This document shows positions 49,244-59,222 of a stretch of 64,000 nucleotides of DNA, piece after piece. The stretch lies in contig JAUVNS010000007.1 of assembly GCA_030599585.1 (NCBI GenBank), positions 128,001-192,000 on the forward strand. The letters run 5' to 3'. Made by a program: the position numbers and the translations under genes. Below the pieces are notes generated by a model, which made no database searches, was not told where the DNA came from, and saw only the letters and a list, made by a program, of their open reading frames with translations. Position 1 is the stretch's first letter; each line of letters opens with the position of its first letter. This stretch comes from Promethearchaeota archaeon (GTDB lineage Archaea; Asgardarchaeota; Lokiarchaeia; Sigyniarchaeales; SOKP01).

Positions 49244-49569
49244 GAGTTTCATCACATTTTGAATAAATTAATAGTTGTTTTTAATCCTAATAAGGTTATT
49301 TTATCGTTCATACATATTGCCTTTTTTTTGTAATTTTAAAAAAATTATTTTCTATGTATGTGAATTTCTAATCTCTTAAAAAGTGAACTGATTAATTTAC
49401 TCCCACAAATATCCCCTAACTGAATTAGGAACTATAAGCAATTTCTATTTAATCCCCAAAAAAGAGCTTGGAATTATGTATATTGATGAATACCGATGTT
49501 TAAAATTAAGTAATTATTATAAAATCTTAACCTATAAAATCGTCTAGCTTTTCATTAGGAAAATATAAG

Positions 49570-50343
49570 ATGTTGATACTCATATTAATTACCTGTTTTG
49601 CCATATTTGGCGGAATAATGATTGGAATTTATTTGATCAAATATAGAAGGCTCCCTATTGACGATTGGAAACCGGGTGCCGCATGGACACGAGCACTAAT
49701 CTATTTTTCCTTCTGTAATATTTTTACTGCTGCTTCTGGAACGCTTGAACAAATATTTAGTAGACCCTTATTCACTGCAGAACAAATCTCAAACCTCTTT
49801 TGGATATTTTATTTAATATTTTGCTTTATATTTGTTTTTATTGCATATGCGATCATTTGGCCCCGCAGTACTCTTACTTTTGACCGAAAATATTATCTTG
49901 GCTCAGAAATTGTGTTTGGTGTTATTTGGGGTTTTAGTACTGGGGGAATTCTTCTTTCGTTTTATCACCTTTGGAGTATGACAGGTATTCCTCCATGGGT
50001 TTCTTACATTTTAAGCCTTAGTTGCATTAGCGCGTGGCAGTATTTCATACACGCTTATTTCTGGGATATTTATGTTAGTCCCGAGCATGACACGCCTAAA
50101 TCGATTCTAATTAAAACTTTTGCCTGCCACATTCCCAATACAATAATTAGTTTTAGTTTTCTCACTATTTGGGGTAATTATGCTATATTTATCTTTCTCT
50201 TCATTATAGCATTGCTCTCATCAACTATTGCCCAAAGATTTCCCGCTCCATGGGCTAAAGGTAACTTTCACGCTCCTATGTTCAAACCTGGAATCTTTGG
50301 TTTACCTTTAGGTTCAGGGTATGAAGTGAAAAAGGAAACTTGA
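49570..50343 (+). CDS. Hypothetical multi-pass membrane protein
   Basis: ~7 hydrophobic segments; 'WDIYVSPEHD' polar motif. Confidence 0.7.
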   Translation: MLILILITCFAIFGGIMIGIYLIKYRRLPIDDWKPGAAWTRALIYFSFCNIFTAASGTLEQIFSRPLFTAEQISNLFWIFYLIFCFIFVFIAYAIIWPRSTLTFDRKYYLGSEIVFGVIWGFSTGGILLSFYHLWSMTGIPPWVSYILSLSCISAWQYFIHAYFWDIYVSPEHDTPKSILIKTFACHIPNTIISFSFLTIWGNYAIFIFLFIIALLSSTIAQRFPAPWAKGNFHAPMFKPGIFGLPLGSGYEVKKET

Positions 50344-50415
50344 TCGAATTGCTCAACCTATAAATTTTTTATATTAAAAAGAAAAAAGTAAAAAATATTT
50401 TAGATATTATCTAAA

Positions 50416-52251
50416 CTAATCTGTGAATAGAATTTCATCCCACGGTTGACGATATAAACCTGCTCTTTGGCGTTTTTGGTCGAACACATGTCCCATCATT
50501 CCAATTGACCTTCCAAGCACGAAAAGACCGTTCAATGCTTCACTATGGATGACATCTTCAATTTCTTCTTGAGTGAAATCTAGATTTTCGAGTAAGTCTA
50601 AAAACGTAATTCCGACACATCCATCAACATTTAGTATAAGATTATTTCTTTTAGACGTAGTAAGTTTCTCAACTTCAAGAGCGTAATCAAGATGAGGATG
50701 TTTTTCAAAGTTTTTAAGCACAAACTCCTTTAACAATTGAACGCGTACATCAGGATTTTGAACTGATTTTATTCTGTGTCCAATTCCAGGGATGTTAATT
50801 TGCACTACATTCTTCATGTAACCCATAAATTCTAATGGATTCATTCCTTTTTGTAAAGCTTCCCTGAAATATTTAGCTGCGTTCGAAATTGCTCCACCGA
50901 ATCTCGGACCGATTGTGAGGATACCTGAAGCAAGAGACGACATAAGATCTTTGCCTGCACGTGCGGTGATTATTGCGTTATGAGCTCCTGAAACTGCTGG
51001 ACCGTGGTCGGCCGTTAACTTGATGACAATTTCAATAAACTCTTGGGCAAACTCAGGTAATTCTTTCTTAAACCACAATAAACCGATTACATATCCTATC
51101 GATTTTTTATCTTTAATTATTGTGTCTAATCCGATTCCAGCAAATGTAGGAACATCTCCTCTGTCATCTGAAATGGTAACCACTACATCAGTGGGCCTCC
51201 TAACTTTTCCCAATCGAACAGCTGTGTTATAATCCATTGGAATTGCTGGGGGTTCAAAGTCTTCAATAGGTTGAATTATCCCTTCTTGTTTTAGTTTATC
51301 GAATGTTTTCCTAATTTCTTTGTCAAAGTCTTCGTAAGATTCTGGCACGATAGCTCCTGCCTCTTTTAAAGCTCGATTTTTTGCGTCAGCAGTCTCCATC
51401 GAACTGTCAGCCATAGCGCCCGCGTGCCCAAATTGTAATCCCTTTGGCAAAATTTTGGCCGCTGTCCCGGTTACCCATACAACAATTGGCTTTGTTATTT
51501 TCCCGTCTTTCAAAGCGTCCACTATCGCATATTCGTCAGTTCCACCAATTTCACCTAAAGCTACCAACATTTTTATTTTAGGATTAGCTTCGTATCTCAT
51601 AAGATGATTGATTAATCTCGAACCAGGATATCTATCACCGCCGATAGCTATGCCTTCATACACACCATCGGTTGTTTGACTTATCATAAAATTCATTTCG
51701 TTACTTAAGCCACCTGATTTTGAAACGAAACCAACTGAACCTGGCCGATATAATTTAGAAAGTGTAATATTTTCCAAGGTTCCCGCTGTATTTCCAATTT
51801 TAAAAGCCCCTGCCATTATTCCTCCTACAGTAGCTGGACCAATAATATTCTTCTTCTTCTCTTCTGCGATTTTTATCAATTCTCGACTCTGTCTTTCAGG
51901 GATACCTTCAGCTATAATAACTACTGTGCGAATTGTATCAGATTCAAGAGCTTCTTTACTAGTTTCGTACGAAGATCTAAAAGAAGCAAAGTTTATCATT
52001 ACATCAGCGTTAGGGTGTTTTTTCATTGCTAGATTAAGCGTTTTATAAATAGGTATTACAATTTCTTTATACCCGTAAAAAACCTTGTGATAACTAATGG
52101 CAGCAGTTTGAGTAGGTCTAATTATTGCGGCTACTGATTGTTTTTCTCTTTTACTTACAAAATCAAAATCAAGCATTCTCTGAATAGGGTTCCTCTGAAA
52201 TCCGTAGATAATCGCTTGTGTATTCCTATTAAAAAGTTCATAGTCTTCCAT
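50416..52251 (-). CDS. aclA: ATP-citrate lyase large subunit (CoA-binding + citryl-CoA lyase domains)
   Basis: 'QRMLDFDF', 'INFASFRS', 'IGPATVGG', phospho-His 'QFGHAGA', 'ADHGPAVSGAHN', 'IPGIGHRIKS', 'LNVDG'. Confidence 0.95.
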   Translation of the reverse strand: MEDYELFNRNTQAIIYGFQRNPIQRMLDFDFVSKREKQSVAAIIRPTQTAAISYHKVFYGYKEIVIPIYKTLNLAMKKHPNADVMINFASFRSSYETSKEALESDTIRTVVIIAEGIPERQSRELIKIAEEKKKNIIGPATVGGIMAGAFKIGNTAGTLENITLSKLYRPGSVGFVSKSGGLSNEMNFMISQTTDGVYEGIAIGGDRYPGSRLINHLMRYEANPKIKMLVALGEIGGTDEYAIVDALKDGKITKPIVVWVTGTAAKILPKGLQFGHAGAMADSSMETADAKNRALKEAGAIVPESYEDFDKEIRKTFDKLKQEGIIQPIEDFEPPAIPMDYNTAVRLGKVRRPTDVVVTISDDRGDVPTFAGIGLDTIIKDKKSIGYVIGLLWFKKELPEFAQEFIEIVIKLTADHGPAVSGAHNAIITARAGKDLMSSLASGILTIGPRFGGAISNAAKYFREALQKGMNPLEFMGYMKNVVQINIPGIGHRIKSVQNPDVRVQLLKEFVLKNFEKHPHLDYALEVEKLTTSKRNNLILNVDGCVGITFLDLLENLDFTQEEIEDVIHSEALNGLFVLGRSIGMMGHVFDQKRQRAGLYRQPWDEILFTD

Positions 52252-52252
52252 T

Positions 52253-53548
52253 TTAAATCCCTCCCGCTTCTTCTGCTTGTTTAATTAAATCTACAACTCT
52301 CGTCATGTGTGTGTATCGATCATACACTTCAATTGGAATACCAGTCTCCTCTCCAACTTGCTTCATGAGTTCTAAACCTTGTTTTTCGTTAGGTCCACCT
52401 CTTCGAACATATATTTTGACTTTTGCCTTTTTCAGTTTTTCAACAGAATTCCTGATTGCGCTGACAATTCCCTCAAATGTGGCTCTCACATTTGTAAAAT
52501 TAGCAATTCCCCCACCAATTATGAGGTACTTTGATCTCCCTGCGGGATCAGGAGTTTCTGTTATGAGATCTATGATGGTTTGAGCGTATATTTCGGTGTA
52601 TTCTCGTGATGGATTCCCCGAATATTCTCCATAATTCCCTAACTCTTTTCCAAATCCTAAGTCTACGATCGTATCCGTGTAGATAACTGAAGCCCCTCCA
52701 CCAGCAACCATAGTCCAAACTCGACCAACTGGATTCAAAATCTTTAATTTAAGAGACGCACCTGTTTTCTCGTCTAATTCCCGAATATACGCTTCTTTTT
52801 CTGACATAGTTTGTCCAAAAGCAGCTGGAAATTCAATCGGGTTATTAGAATTTCCCCATGTATCAGCGTGAAGAAACATAGCAGTATCATCTAATCTAGC
52901 TTTAACATCTAATGGAACAACTTGGTTATCTTGAGTAATTGCGAAGGGATTGATTTCAAGAAAAGTAAAATCTTGATCGACAAAAACTTGATAAAGCCCT
53001 TTCATGAAAGGAATTAAAACTCCTTTAAAATCTCCTAAATCCGGCAGTTTACTCTCTAAATCAAAAGTTTTAATATCAGTTCCAATCGGTATTGTTATGT
53101 GAATAACCTTATCCCAGTTTTCCTCAACGAAAATTCCTCCTTCAAAACTGAAATGAATGACATCGCCATCCCGTTCGGTTGTAATTGAAACATAATATTC
53201 CTTTTCGTGAGGAATGAAAGGTTCTACAAGTAAACGCTTCAATGCGCCCCTAACATTTCCAATTTCGCAGACTCTGTCTAAATTGCTATAACAGAAATCT
53301 TTCATTTCATCGCAACTTGCATCTAGTAAGAGTAGGTTTGCTTTCCCTCTTTTTCCAAAAAGTTGATCGGGTTTAACAACTACTTTTTCTGTATTTATCC
53401 ATGGATTTTCTGAGATTGCTTTCTCTAAGTCAGTCTCGCAGTCAATGACGACTAATTTGTTATGATATTTAAAATCCGGATAATATTTTGGTAATTCGCT
53501 CGCTATGAGCTTTTTAGCATCATACTCATAAATATTTTTTTGAGCCAA
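52253..53548 (-). CDS. aclB: ATP-citrate lyase small subunit (ATP-grasp + citrate-binding)
   Basis: 'VVKPDQLFGKRGK', 'WTMVAGGGASVIY', 'NYGEYSGNP', 'GGGIANFT', 'VRRGGPN'. Confidence 0.95.
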   Translation of the reverse strand: MAQKNIYEYDAKKLIASELPKYYPDFKYHNKLVVIDCETDLEKAISENPWINTEKVVVKPDQLFGKRGKANLLLLDASCDEMKDFCYSNLDRVCEIGNVRGALKRLLVEPFIPHEKEYYVSITTERDGDVIHFSFEGGIFVEENWDKVIHITIPIGTDIKTFDLESKLPDLGDFKGVLIPFMKGLYQVFVDQDFTFLEINPFAITQDNQVVPLDVKARLDDTAMFLHADTWGNSNNPIEFPAAFGQTMSEKEAYIRELDEKTGASLKLKILNPVGRVWTMVAGGGASVIYTDTIVDLGFGKELGNYGEYSGNPSREYTEIYAQTIIDLITETPDPAGRSKYLIIGGGIANFTNVRATFEGIVSAIRNSVEKLKKAKVKIYVRRGGPNEKQGLELMKQVGEETGIPIEVYDRYTHMTRVVDLIKQAEEAGGI

Positions 53549-53837
53549 TTTTCTCTCTTTCTCTTATTTTATTTTTAATATTATGTCAAAGATTTATAAT
53601 AATGTTTAAACTCATTATAATAAAAATTTTACTTACTTGATTAATATGGGATTCTTTTCCCTTTTGTAGGGCAATTGCATCAAATTTTTCAATGATTTAT
53701 ATGATGTGAATTATAGCGGATTTGATTTTGAGCTCAACTGGGCACTTTATAGATAATAAGCAAATAATTTATATGAACAACATGATAATAATATCCTAAA
53801 TACTTAGAACAATAAAACTAAAAGAGGGATTGCAACA

Positions 53838-55193
53838 TTGCATTACGATTTAATAATTATTGGCGCAGGTACATCTGGTTTTCCGTCAGCTAAAATCGCT
53901 GCTGGGTATGGAAAGAAAGTTCTTTTGTTAGGCGATGGTGCCTTAGGGGGAAAATGTATAGAAAACGGTTGTATCCCGGCTAAAGCGATGATATATGCTG
54001 CTCATCTGTATAAACTCGCACTTAAAGCGAAGAATTTTGGTGTCGAAGTAAAAGATGTAACATTGAATCTTAAGAAAGTGCTAGAATACACCAATAAATT
54101 GGTACGTGATGCAATAGAAGATAATGAAAAACAAATAGCGGAATTCAAGAGTGTTAACTACATAAAGGAAAGGGGCCATTGCATAAGCGACTCCTCTGTA
54201 GAAGTAGGAAATGAAGTTCATACAACAACCAATATCTTAATTTCTACTGGAACTAAACCATTTATCCCTCCCATTGAAGGCATTGATGATGTTGATTATT
54301 TAACTCACGAAACTATATTCAATATCGAGAAGATTCCGAAATCAATAGTGTTTGTAGGAGGCGGATTTATATCTTTGGAATTTGCGAATGTATTCAACAA
54401 TTTTGGCAGTAAAGTCTACATAATTGATACAAACCCACTCCCTATTTTTGCAGCGGATGAAGCTATATCATCAGCAATAAAAACATATTATGAAGAGGAT
54501 GGTATAATCTTTTATTGTAACTCGCGCACCTCAAAAGTATCAAAAATATCAGATAAAATTCTCGTGGAAACAAACAAGGGAGATAAAATCGAAGTAGAAA
54601 AAGTCATGCTATCAACGGGTTTTTTAGCCCATACAGAAGGGCTTAATTTAGAAGCAGCCGGTGTTGAAACAGATGCGAGGGGAAATATCATCGTTAATGA
54701 ATTTCTTCAGACTTCTAAACCTAGCATCTACGCGATTGGAGATATTTTAGGTAAAACGCAATTTACACATATGGCTTTACGGGAATCTAAAATTGTTATT
54801 CATAATATGTTCAATGAAGATAAGATTCCGGTTACTTTTAAAAATATACCCTACGCCGTGTTTACAGATCCTCCTATTGGTTCTGTAGGAAAAACGGAGC
54901 AACAATTAAGAAAGGAGGGTGTTGATTACAATGTTGTTCAAACCGTTTTTCCAAAAAATTCTCGTGCACATTTAATGAGACTTAAGCGTGGCATTATGAA
55001 ATTACTTTATAATAACGAGGACCAAATACTTGGATGCCATATTATTGGGGAAGGAGCAGATATTTTAATCCATGAAATTGTCCCTCTTATTCATTTACCG
55101 AAAGGAATGCAGACTTTTCGAAAGTTAATACATGCACACCCAACTCTATCTGAGTTGTATAGAAATCTGCAGGAGCAAATCGGTTTTTTCTAA
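53838..55193 (+). CDS. Class I pyridine nucleotide-disulfide oxidoreductase (dihydrolipoyl dehydrogenase-like)
   Basis: 'GGKCIENGCIPAK', 'GGGFISLE', 'IYAIGD', 'HAHPTLSE'; no C-terminal Cys pair. Confidence 0.88.
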   Translation: MHYDLIIIGAGTSGFPSAKIAAGYGKKVLLLGDGALGGKCIENGCIPAKAMIYAAHLYKLALKAKNFGVEVKDVTLNLKKVLEYTNKLVRDAIEDNEKQIAEFKSVNYIKERGHCISDSSVEVGNEVHTTTNILISTGTKPFIPPIEGIDDVDYLTHETIFNIEKIPKSIVFVGGGFISLEFANVFNNFGSKVYIIDTNPLPIFAADEAISSAIKTYYEEDGIIFYCNSRTSKVSKISDKILVETNKGDKIEVEKVMLSTGFLAHTEGLNLEAAGVETDARGNIIVNEFLQTSKPSIYAIGDILGKTQFTHMALRESKIVIHNMFNEDKIPVTFKNIPYAVFTDPPIGSVGKTEQQLRKEGVDYNVVQTVFPKNSRAHLMRLKRGIMKLLYNNEDQILGCHIIGEGADILIHEIVPLIHLPKGMQTFRKLIHAHPTLSELYRNLQEQIGFF

Positions 55194-55194
55194 T

Positions 55195-55542
55195 TTATTC
55201 TTCGAGATTTTCTAATGGAATCCAACCTATTTTTCCACTTTCATTTTCAATCTTTGCCCATCCACTTTCTCTTTCTTTAATTTTGACAAATTCTCCCTTT
55301 GATACTGAGATTTCAAAAGAATTATAAGCACGGATAAACTGAAACTCTTCAAATGAATCCTTTACTGGAGTAACGAAGGCTTTAGGGACCCAACCGAAAA
55401 TTCCATCCTTATTTTTGCAATAAAGCCATCCTTCCCATTGAGTAGGTTTTTCTTTACCATTGACTATTTCACCCTTTTCAGCTTGAAAAGGAATTAATAC
55501 ATCTGAGTGATGAGATTTGATCACTTTTACTTTTTTTATCAT
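55195..55542 (-). CDS. Tandem SH3-domain protein
   Basis: Two repeats ending 'GWLYCKNKDGIFGWVPKAFV' and 'GWAKIENESGKIGWIPLENL'. Confidence 0.8.
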   Translation of the reverse strand: MIKKVKVIKSHHSDVLIPFQAEKGEIVNGKEKPTQWEGWLYCKNKDGIFGWVPKAFVTPVKDSFEEFQFIRAYNSFEISVSKGEFVKIKERESGWAKIENESGKIGWIPLENLEE

Positions 55543-55555
55543 TGTAATTCTTAAT

Positions 55556-56416
55556 TCAATAGAGTTCTTTAATCATTTTTGGAACATCCCAAGGAGTATC
55601 AGCAATTAAGGCACCTGCTTTTTGAAGAGCTTTTATCTTACCTTGAGCCGTACCAAAATCTCCTGAGATAATTGCTCCCGCATGTCCCATTCTTTTTCCT
55701 TCTGGAGCGCTTTTTCCAGCAATATATGCTATTATGGGTTTAGAGACGTGCTCTTTGATATATTCTGCAGTTTTTTCTTCTTCGTCACTTCCAATTTCAC
55801 CTATAAGAACAATCGCTTTAGTTTTTGAATCGTCTGAGTAATATGCTACAGCTTCTTGCATAGGTGTTCCTCTCACAGGGTCTCCACCTATCCCTATATA
55901 TGCTGAAACACCGATATTTTCGTCTCCAACTGCTTTTGTTATCTCATAAGATAAAGTTCCACTTTTTGAAATTATTGCCACATCCCCATAATGACACATA
56001 TTACCTGGCATTATTCCTAATTTAATCTTATCCGGAATCAGCATCCCTGGACAATTCGGACCGATTAAATTTAAATCTTTTTCCTTGGCTTTCTCAACAA
56101 GCTTAATCATATCAAACACGGGAACATTCTCGGTTATAATAACAGTCATGGTGATTCCAGCATTTAAGCTTTCCATGGCTGCTGCTAATGTAAATCTAGC
56201 GGGAACAAAAATAATACTTGTATCTGCACCTGTTTCTTTTCTTACTTCTTTCATTTCGTTAAAAACGGGTATGCCGTATACCTCTTGGCCACCCTTTCCA
56301 GGTGTCACACCTGCGACAATACTAGTTCCATATTCAACCATCAATTTTGTGTGAAACATCCCTTGCGTTCCAGTGATACCTTGCACAACAACTTTTGAAT
56401 TTTCGCTAATATACAT
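55556..56416 (-). CDS. sucD: Succinate--CoA ligase alpha subunit
   Basis: 'VQGITG', 'AGVTPGKGG', 'IGPNCPG', 'GIGGDP', 'RMGHAGAI'. Confidence 0.93.
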   Translation of the reverse strand: MYISENSKVVVQGITGTQGMFHTKLMVEYGTSIVAGVTPGKGGQEVYGIPVFNEMKEVRKETGADTSIIFVPARFTLAAAMESLNAGITMTVIITENVPVFDMIKLVEKAKEKDLNLIGPNCPGMLIPDKIKLGIMPGNMCHYGDVAIISKSGTLSYEITKAVGDENIGVSAYIGIGGDPVRGTPMQEAVAYYSDDSKTKAIVLIGEIGSDEEEKTAEYIKEHVSKPIIAYIAGKSAPEGKRMGHAGAIISGDFGTAQGKIKALQKAGALIADTPWDVPKMIKELY

Positions 56417-56420
56417 TTTA

Positions 56421-57542
56421 TTAACTTAACACCTCCTCCAATTTTTCTACAGCTTCCATAACGTCTTGAAACGCTTCGATACCCGCTTCCTTAAGTAGAG
56501 TAATTCCTTCTTTCTCTTTGGTTCCTGTTAATCGTATAACCATCGGTGGAGCGTCTGAGAAATTGTTTAAAGCTTCAATAATTGCTTGAGCTACTATATC
56601 ACAACGCGTTATACCTCCGAAAATATTAACTAAAACCGCTTTTGGGTTTAATTTAAAGATTAATTCCAAAGCCTTATACACTCTTTCTTTACTAGCACCA
56701 CCTCCAACATCTAAGAAGTTCGAAGGGTGTAATCCTAATTCAGATAGTACATCTAATAAAGCCATTGTGAGCCCGGCTCCATTTGCTAAGATACCAATAT
56801 TCCCCGATAATTCAACAAAGGAAAATCCAGCTTGTTTCGAAAGTTTTTCTAGTACGGATAATTTTTTTTCCTCCAATTTTTGAACGATTGGCTGCCTAAA
56901 CGCAGCGTCGTCGTCCAAAATCATCTTTCCATCTACTGCAAATAGCCCAGAGGGTGTTAATACAAGAGGATTAATTTCTACCAGTTGTGCCTCTAACTTC
57001 AAAGTTATTTCCCATAATTTCATAAATATTTGTGAAGCCGTATCAATCTGTTTGCCATTAAATCCCAATTGCCGCGCCACTTTACCTGCTAATTCTTCAG
57101 AAATCCCTTCTTGAAGGGAGAAGCTCTCCTTTAATATTGCATCTGGAATTGTTTTCGCAACTTCTTCAATATCAATCCCCCCTTCTTTGCTAGCAATTAG
57201 GTAAAATTGTCTCCCAGAGGTATCTAAGGCTATAGAGCAATAATACTCGTGTTCTATTGTTACGAGTTCTTCAATAAGGATTGCTTCAACCTGAAACCCA
57301 GCAATATTTCTGTTAAAGTATTCTTTACAGAGAGAAATAGCCTCTTCCTTTGTTTGAGCAATTTTTATTAAACCCGCTTTTTTTCTACTTCCAATAGCGA
57401 TTTGTGATTTAACAATTGCAGGGAATGAAAAACTTTTAACTTTTTCTTCAACATTTTCTCCCCTTACAATTAACACGTTCTTAACTATAGGAATATTAAA
57501 CATGCTAAAAATTTCCTTGCTTTCGTATTCGAGCAATCTTAT
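56421..57542 (-). CDS. sucC: Succinate--CoA ligase beta subunit; start probably ATA at 57542
   Basis: '(M)RLLEYESK', 'GSRKKAG', 'EINPL', 'NGAGL', 'NFLDVGGG', 'NIFGGITRCD', 'RLTGT'. Confidence 0.9.
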   Translation of the reverse strand: MRLLEYESKEIFSMFNIPIVKNVLIVRGENVEEKVKSFSFPAIVKSQIAIGSRKKAGLIKIAQTKEEAISLCKEYFNRNIAGFQVEAILIEELVTIEHEYYCSIALDTSGRQFYLIASKEGGIDIEEVAKTIPDAILKESFSLQEGISEELAGKVARQLGFNGKQIDTASQIFMKLWEITLKLEAQLVEINPLVLTPSGLFAVDGKMILDDDAAFRQPIVQKLEEKKLSVLEKLSKQAGFSFVELSGNIGILANGAGLTMALLDVLSELGLHPSNFLDVGGGASKERVYKALELIFKLNPKAVLVNIFGGITRCDIVAQAIIEALNNFSDAPPMVIRLTGTKEKEGITLLKEAGIEAFQDVMEAVEKLEEVLS

Positions 57543-57752
57543 GATAATGACCTCCTTGAAAGAAAATTTGGTTGAATCTCATAGAGAAAAAGATTCAAAT
57601 TAGACTCAAATTAAAAATCGCTTAGTAATTAATAAAACTTATTCTAATATTATATAATTTAAATCGATCCCTTATTTTGTGTTTTTGGGAGAATATCTTA
57701 ATAAATAATAGAATGGATAAAATAATATCAAAAACGAACTCTGAAAAAAAAG

Positions 57753-59177
57753 ATGAAAACCTCAAATAATGATGTGAATCCGGCACAATCTGAAGAACCA
57801 AGTCTGATAAAGATGATTTTGTTTTCATCCGGATATTTTTTAAATACATTTTTAATGATAGCTTTTAATAGTTATGTCTGGACATTCTATGAAGGAGAGC
57901 TTGGTTTAATCGGCATAACCGCTTTATGGCCAATATATATGGCAATCGCAAATGCTATATACATAATATTTAGTATGTTAATTAACCCCGTTATAGGGTA
58001 TCTTACAGATAAACCCTTCAAATGGACAATGAAGCGAGGGTTTCACACACCATGGATCATTATTGGAGGGATTCTTACTATTATCTTATTTTTCTTCCTA
58101 TTTACACCCCCTCAAGTATCAGGGATTGAAAGTGCGTTGCCCATTCTAATATATTATATTATAATCGTACTCTTATACGATACATCGTATTCTCTTCTTC
58201 AAACCCATTCTTTTGGAGCTTTCGCTGCACACTTTAGGGGAGACGCAACACGGCGAAAAGGAGGGATTTTGACTCAAATTTTTACCTTTCTAGCAAATTT
58301 CGCAGCAATTACGGTCTGGTCTTTAGTTATTATTCCTGGAAATCCGACATCGTTCACAATCGCTGCATTTTTCAGTATTATTATACTTTTATGCTCATTC
58401 TTGGTATTTATACCTGGATCCAAGGAATCTAAAGCGATAAAAGATAGATTTATTGTAGGATATGACAACCTTGATAAAATTTCTTTTTTAAAAATATTGA
58501 AGATAGCTATAAAGCAGAAAAATTTTATGTTGGCTATATTTTCTTATCTCACATTTATGATTTCGTTTGGACTTATGAGCATGAATACAGTCAACTATAT
58601 TGACGACGTTCTACAAGAGGGACAATACATAAGAAGTATAGGTTCTATTTTAATGCTTTTATCTTCATTTGTAACAATGCCTATTTGGGCTCGCTTAGCT
58701 AAAAGAATAGGCCATCCGAATACTTACGCAATAGGTTTAGCTTCCTACGGAGTAAGTCTATTATTGAACCTTTTTATTGTGAATGCATTTCAATTCTATT
58801 TAATTAGCATCCTAAGTGGAGTATCAGGATCATTGTTCTTGATTATGTTATCGCCCGTTTTTGCAGATTGTTACGATGAAATCGCTGTGAAAACAAAAAA
58901 ACATCACCAGGCTACTTTGATTGGGATTAGAAATTTATTTGTTCGTCTTTCTGTAATGGTTCAGAGTTTTGTTATAGCAATTATTCATGCACTTACATTT
59001 TATAATCCGATAGATGTTTCTCACCAAGACAATGCCTTAGTAGGTCTTCGAATTATTCAGGGATTAATTCCGTTCTCTGTTTGTATTCTGGGTGCGCTAA
59101 TCTTTTATAAATGGTATGATCTGAAAGATATCAAAAAACAAGAAGTTACTCGTAAATTACGGGAATTGGGTTTGTGA
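57753..59177 (+). CDS. MFS transporter, glycoside-pentoside-hexuronide (GPH/MelB) family
   Basis: 12 TM segments, 'NPVIGYLTDK', 'FADCYDE', C-terminal 'WYDL'. Confidence 0.88.
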   Translation: MKTSNNDVNPAQSEEPSLIKMILFSSGYFLNTFLMIAFNSYVWTFYEGELGLIGITALWPIYMAIANAIYIIFSMLINPVIGYLTDKPFKWTMKRGFHTPWIIIGGILTIILFFFLFTPPQVSGIESALPILIYYIIIVLLYDTSYSLLQTHSFGAFAAHFRGDATRRKGGILTQIFTFLANFAAITVWSLVIIPGNPTSFTIAAFFSIIILLCSFLVFIPGSKESKAIKDRFIVGYDNLDKISFLKILKIAIKQKNFMLAIFSYLTFMISFGLMSMNTVNYIDDVLQEGQYIRSIGSILMLLSSFVTMPIWARLAKRIGHPNTYAIGLASYGVSLLLNLFIVNAFQFYLISILSGVSGSLFLIMLSPVFADCYDEIAVKTKKHHQATLIGIRNLFVRLSVMVQSFVIAIIHALTFYNPIDVSHQDNALVGLRIIQGLIPFSVCILGALIFYKWYDLKDIKKQEVTRKLRELGL

Positions 59178-59222
59178 TTTCTCTTAATATTGATAATTTC
59201 TCAGAGGGCATTTTTAAGTAAA

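Noticed and set aside
49309-49360. 8-bp inverted repeat CATACATA / TATGTATG upstream of icd
   Set aside because: Short, AT-rich and widely spaced; compatible with chance.
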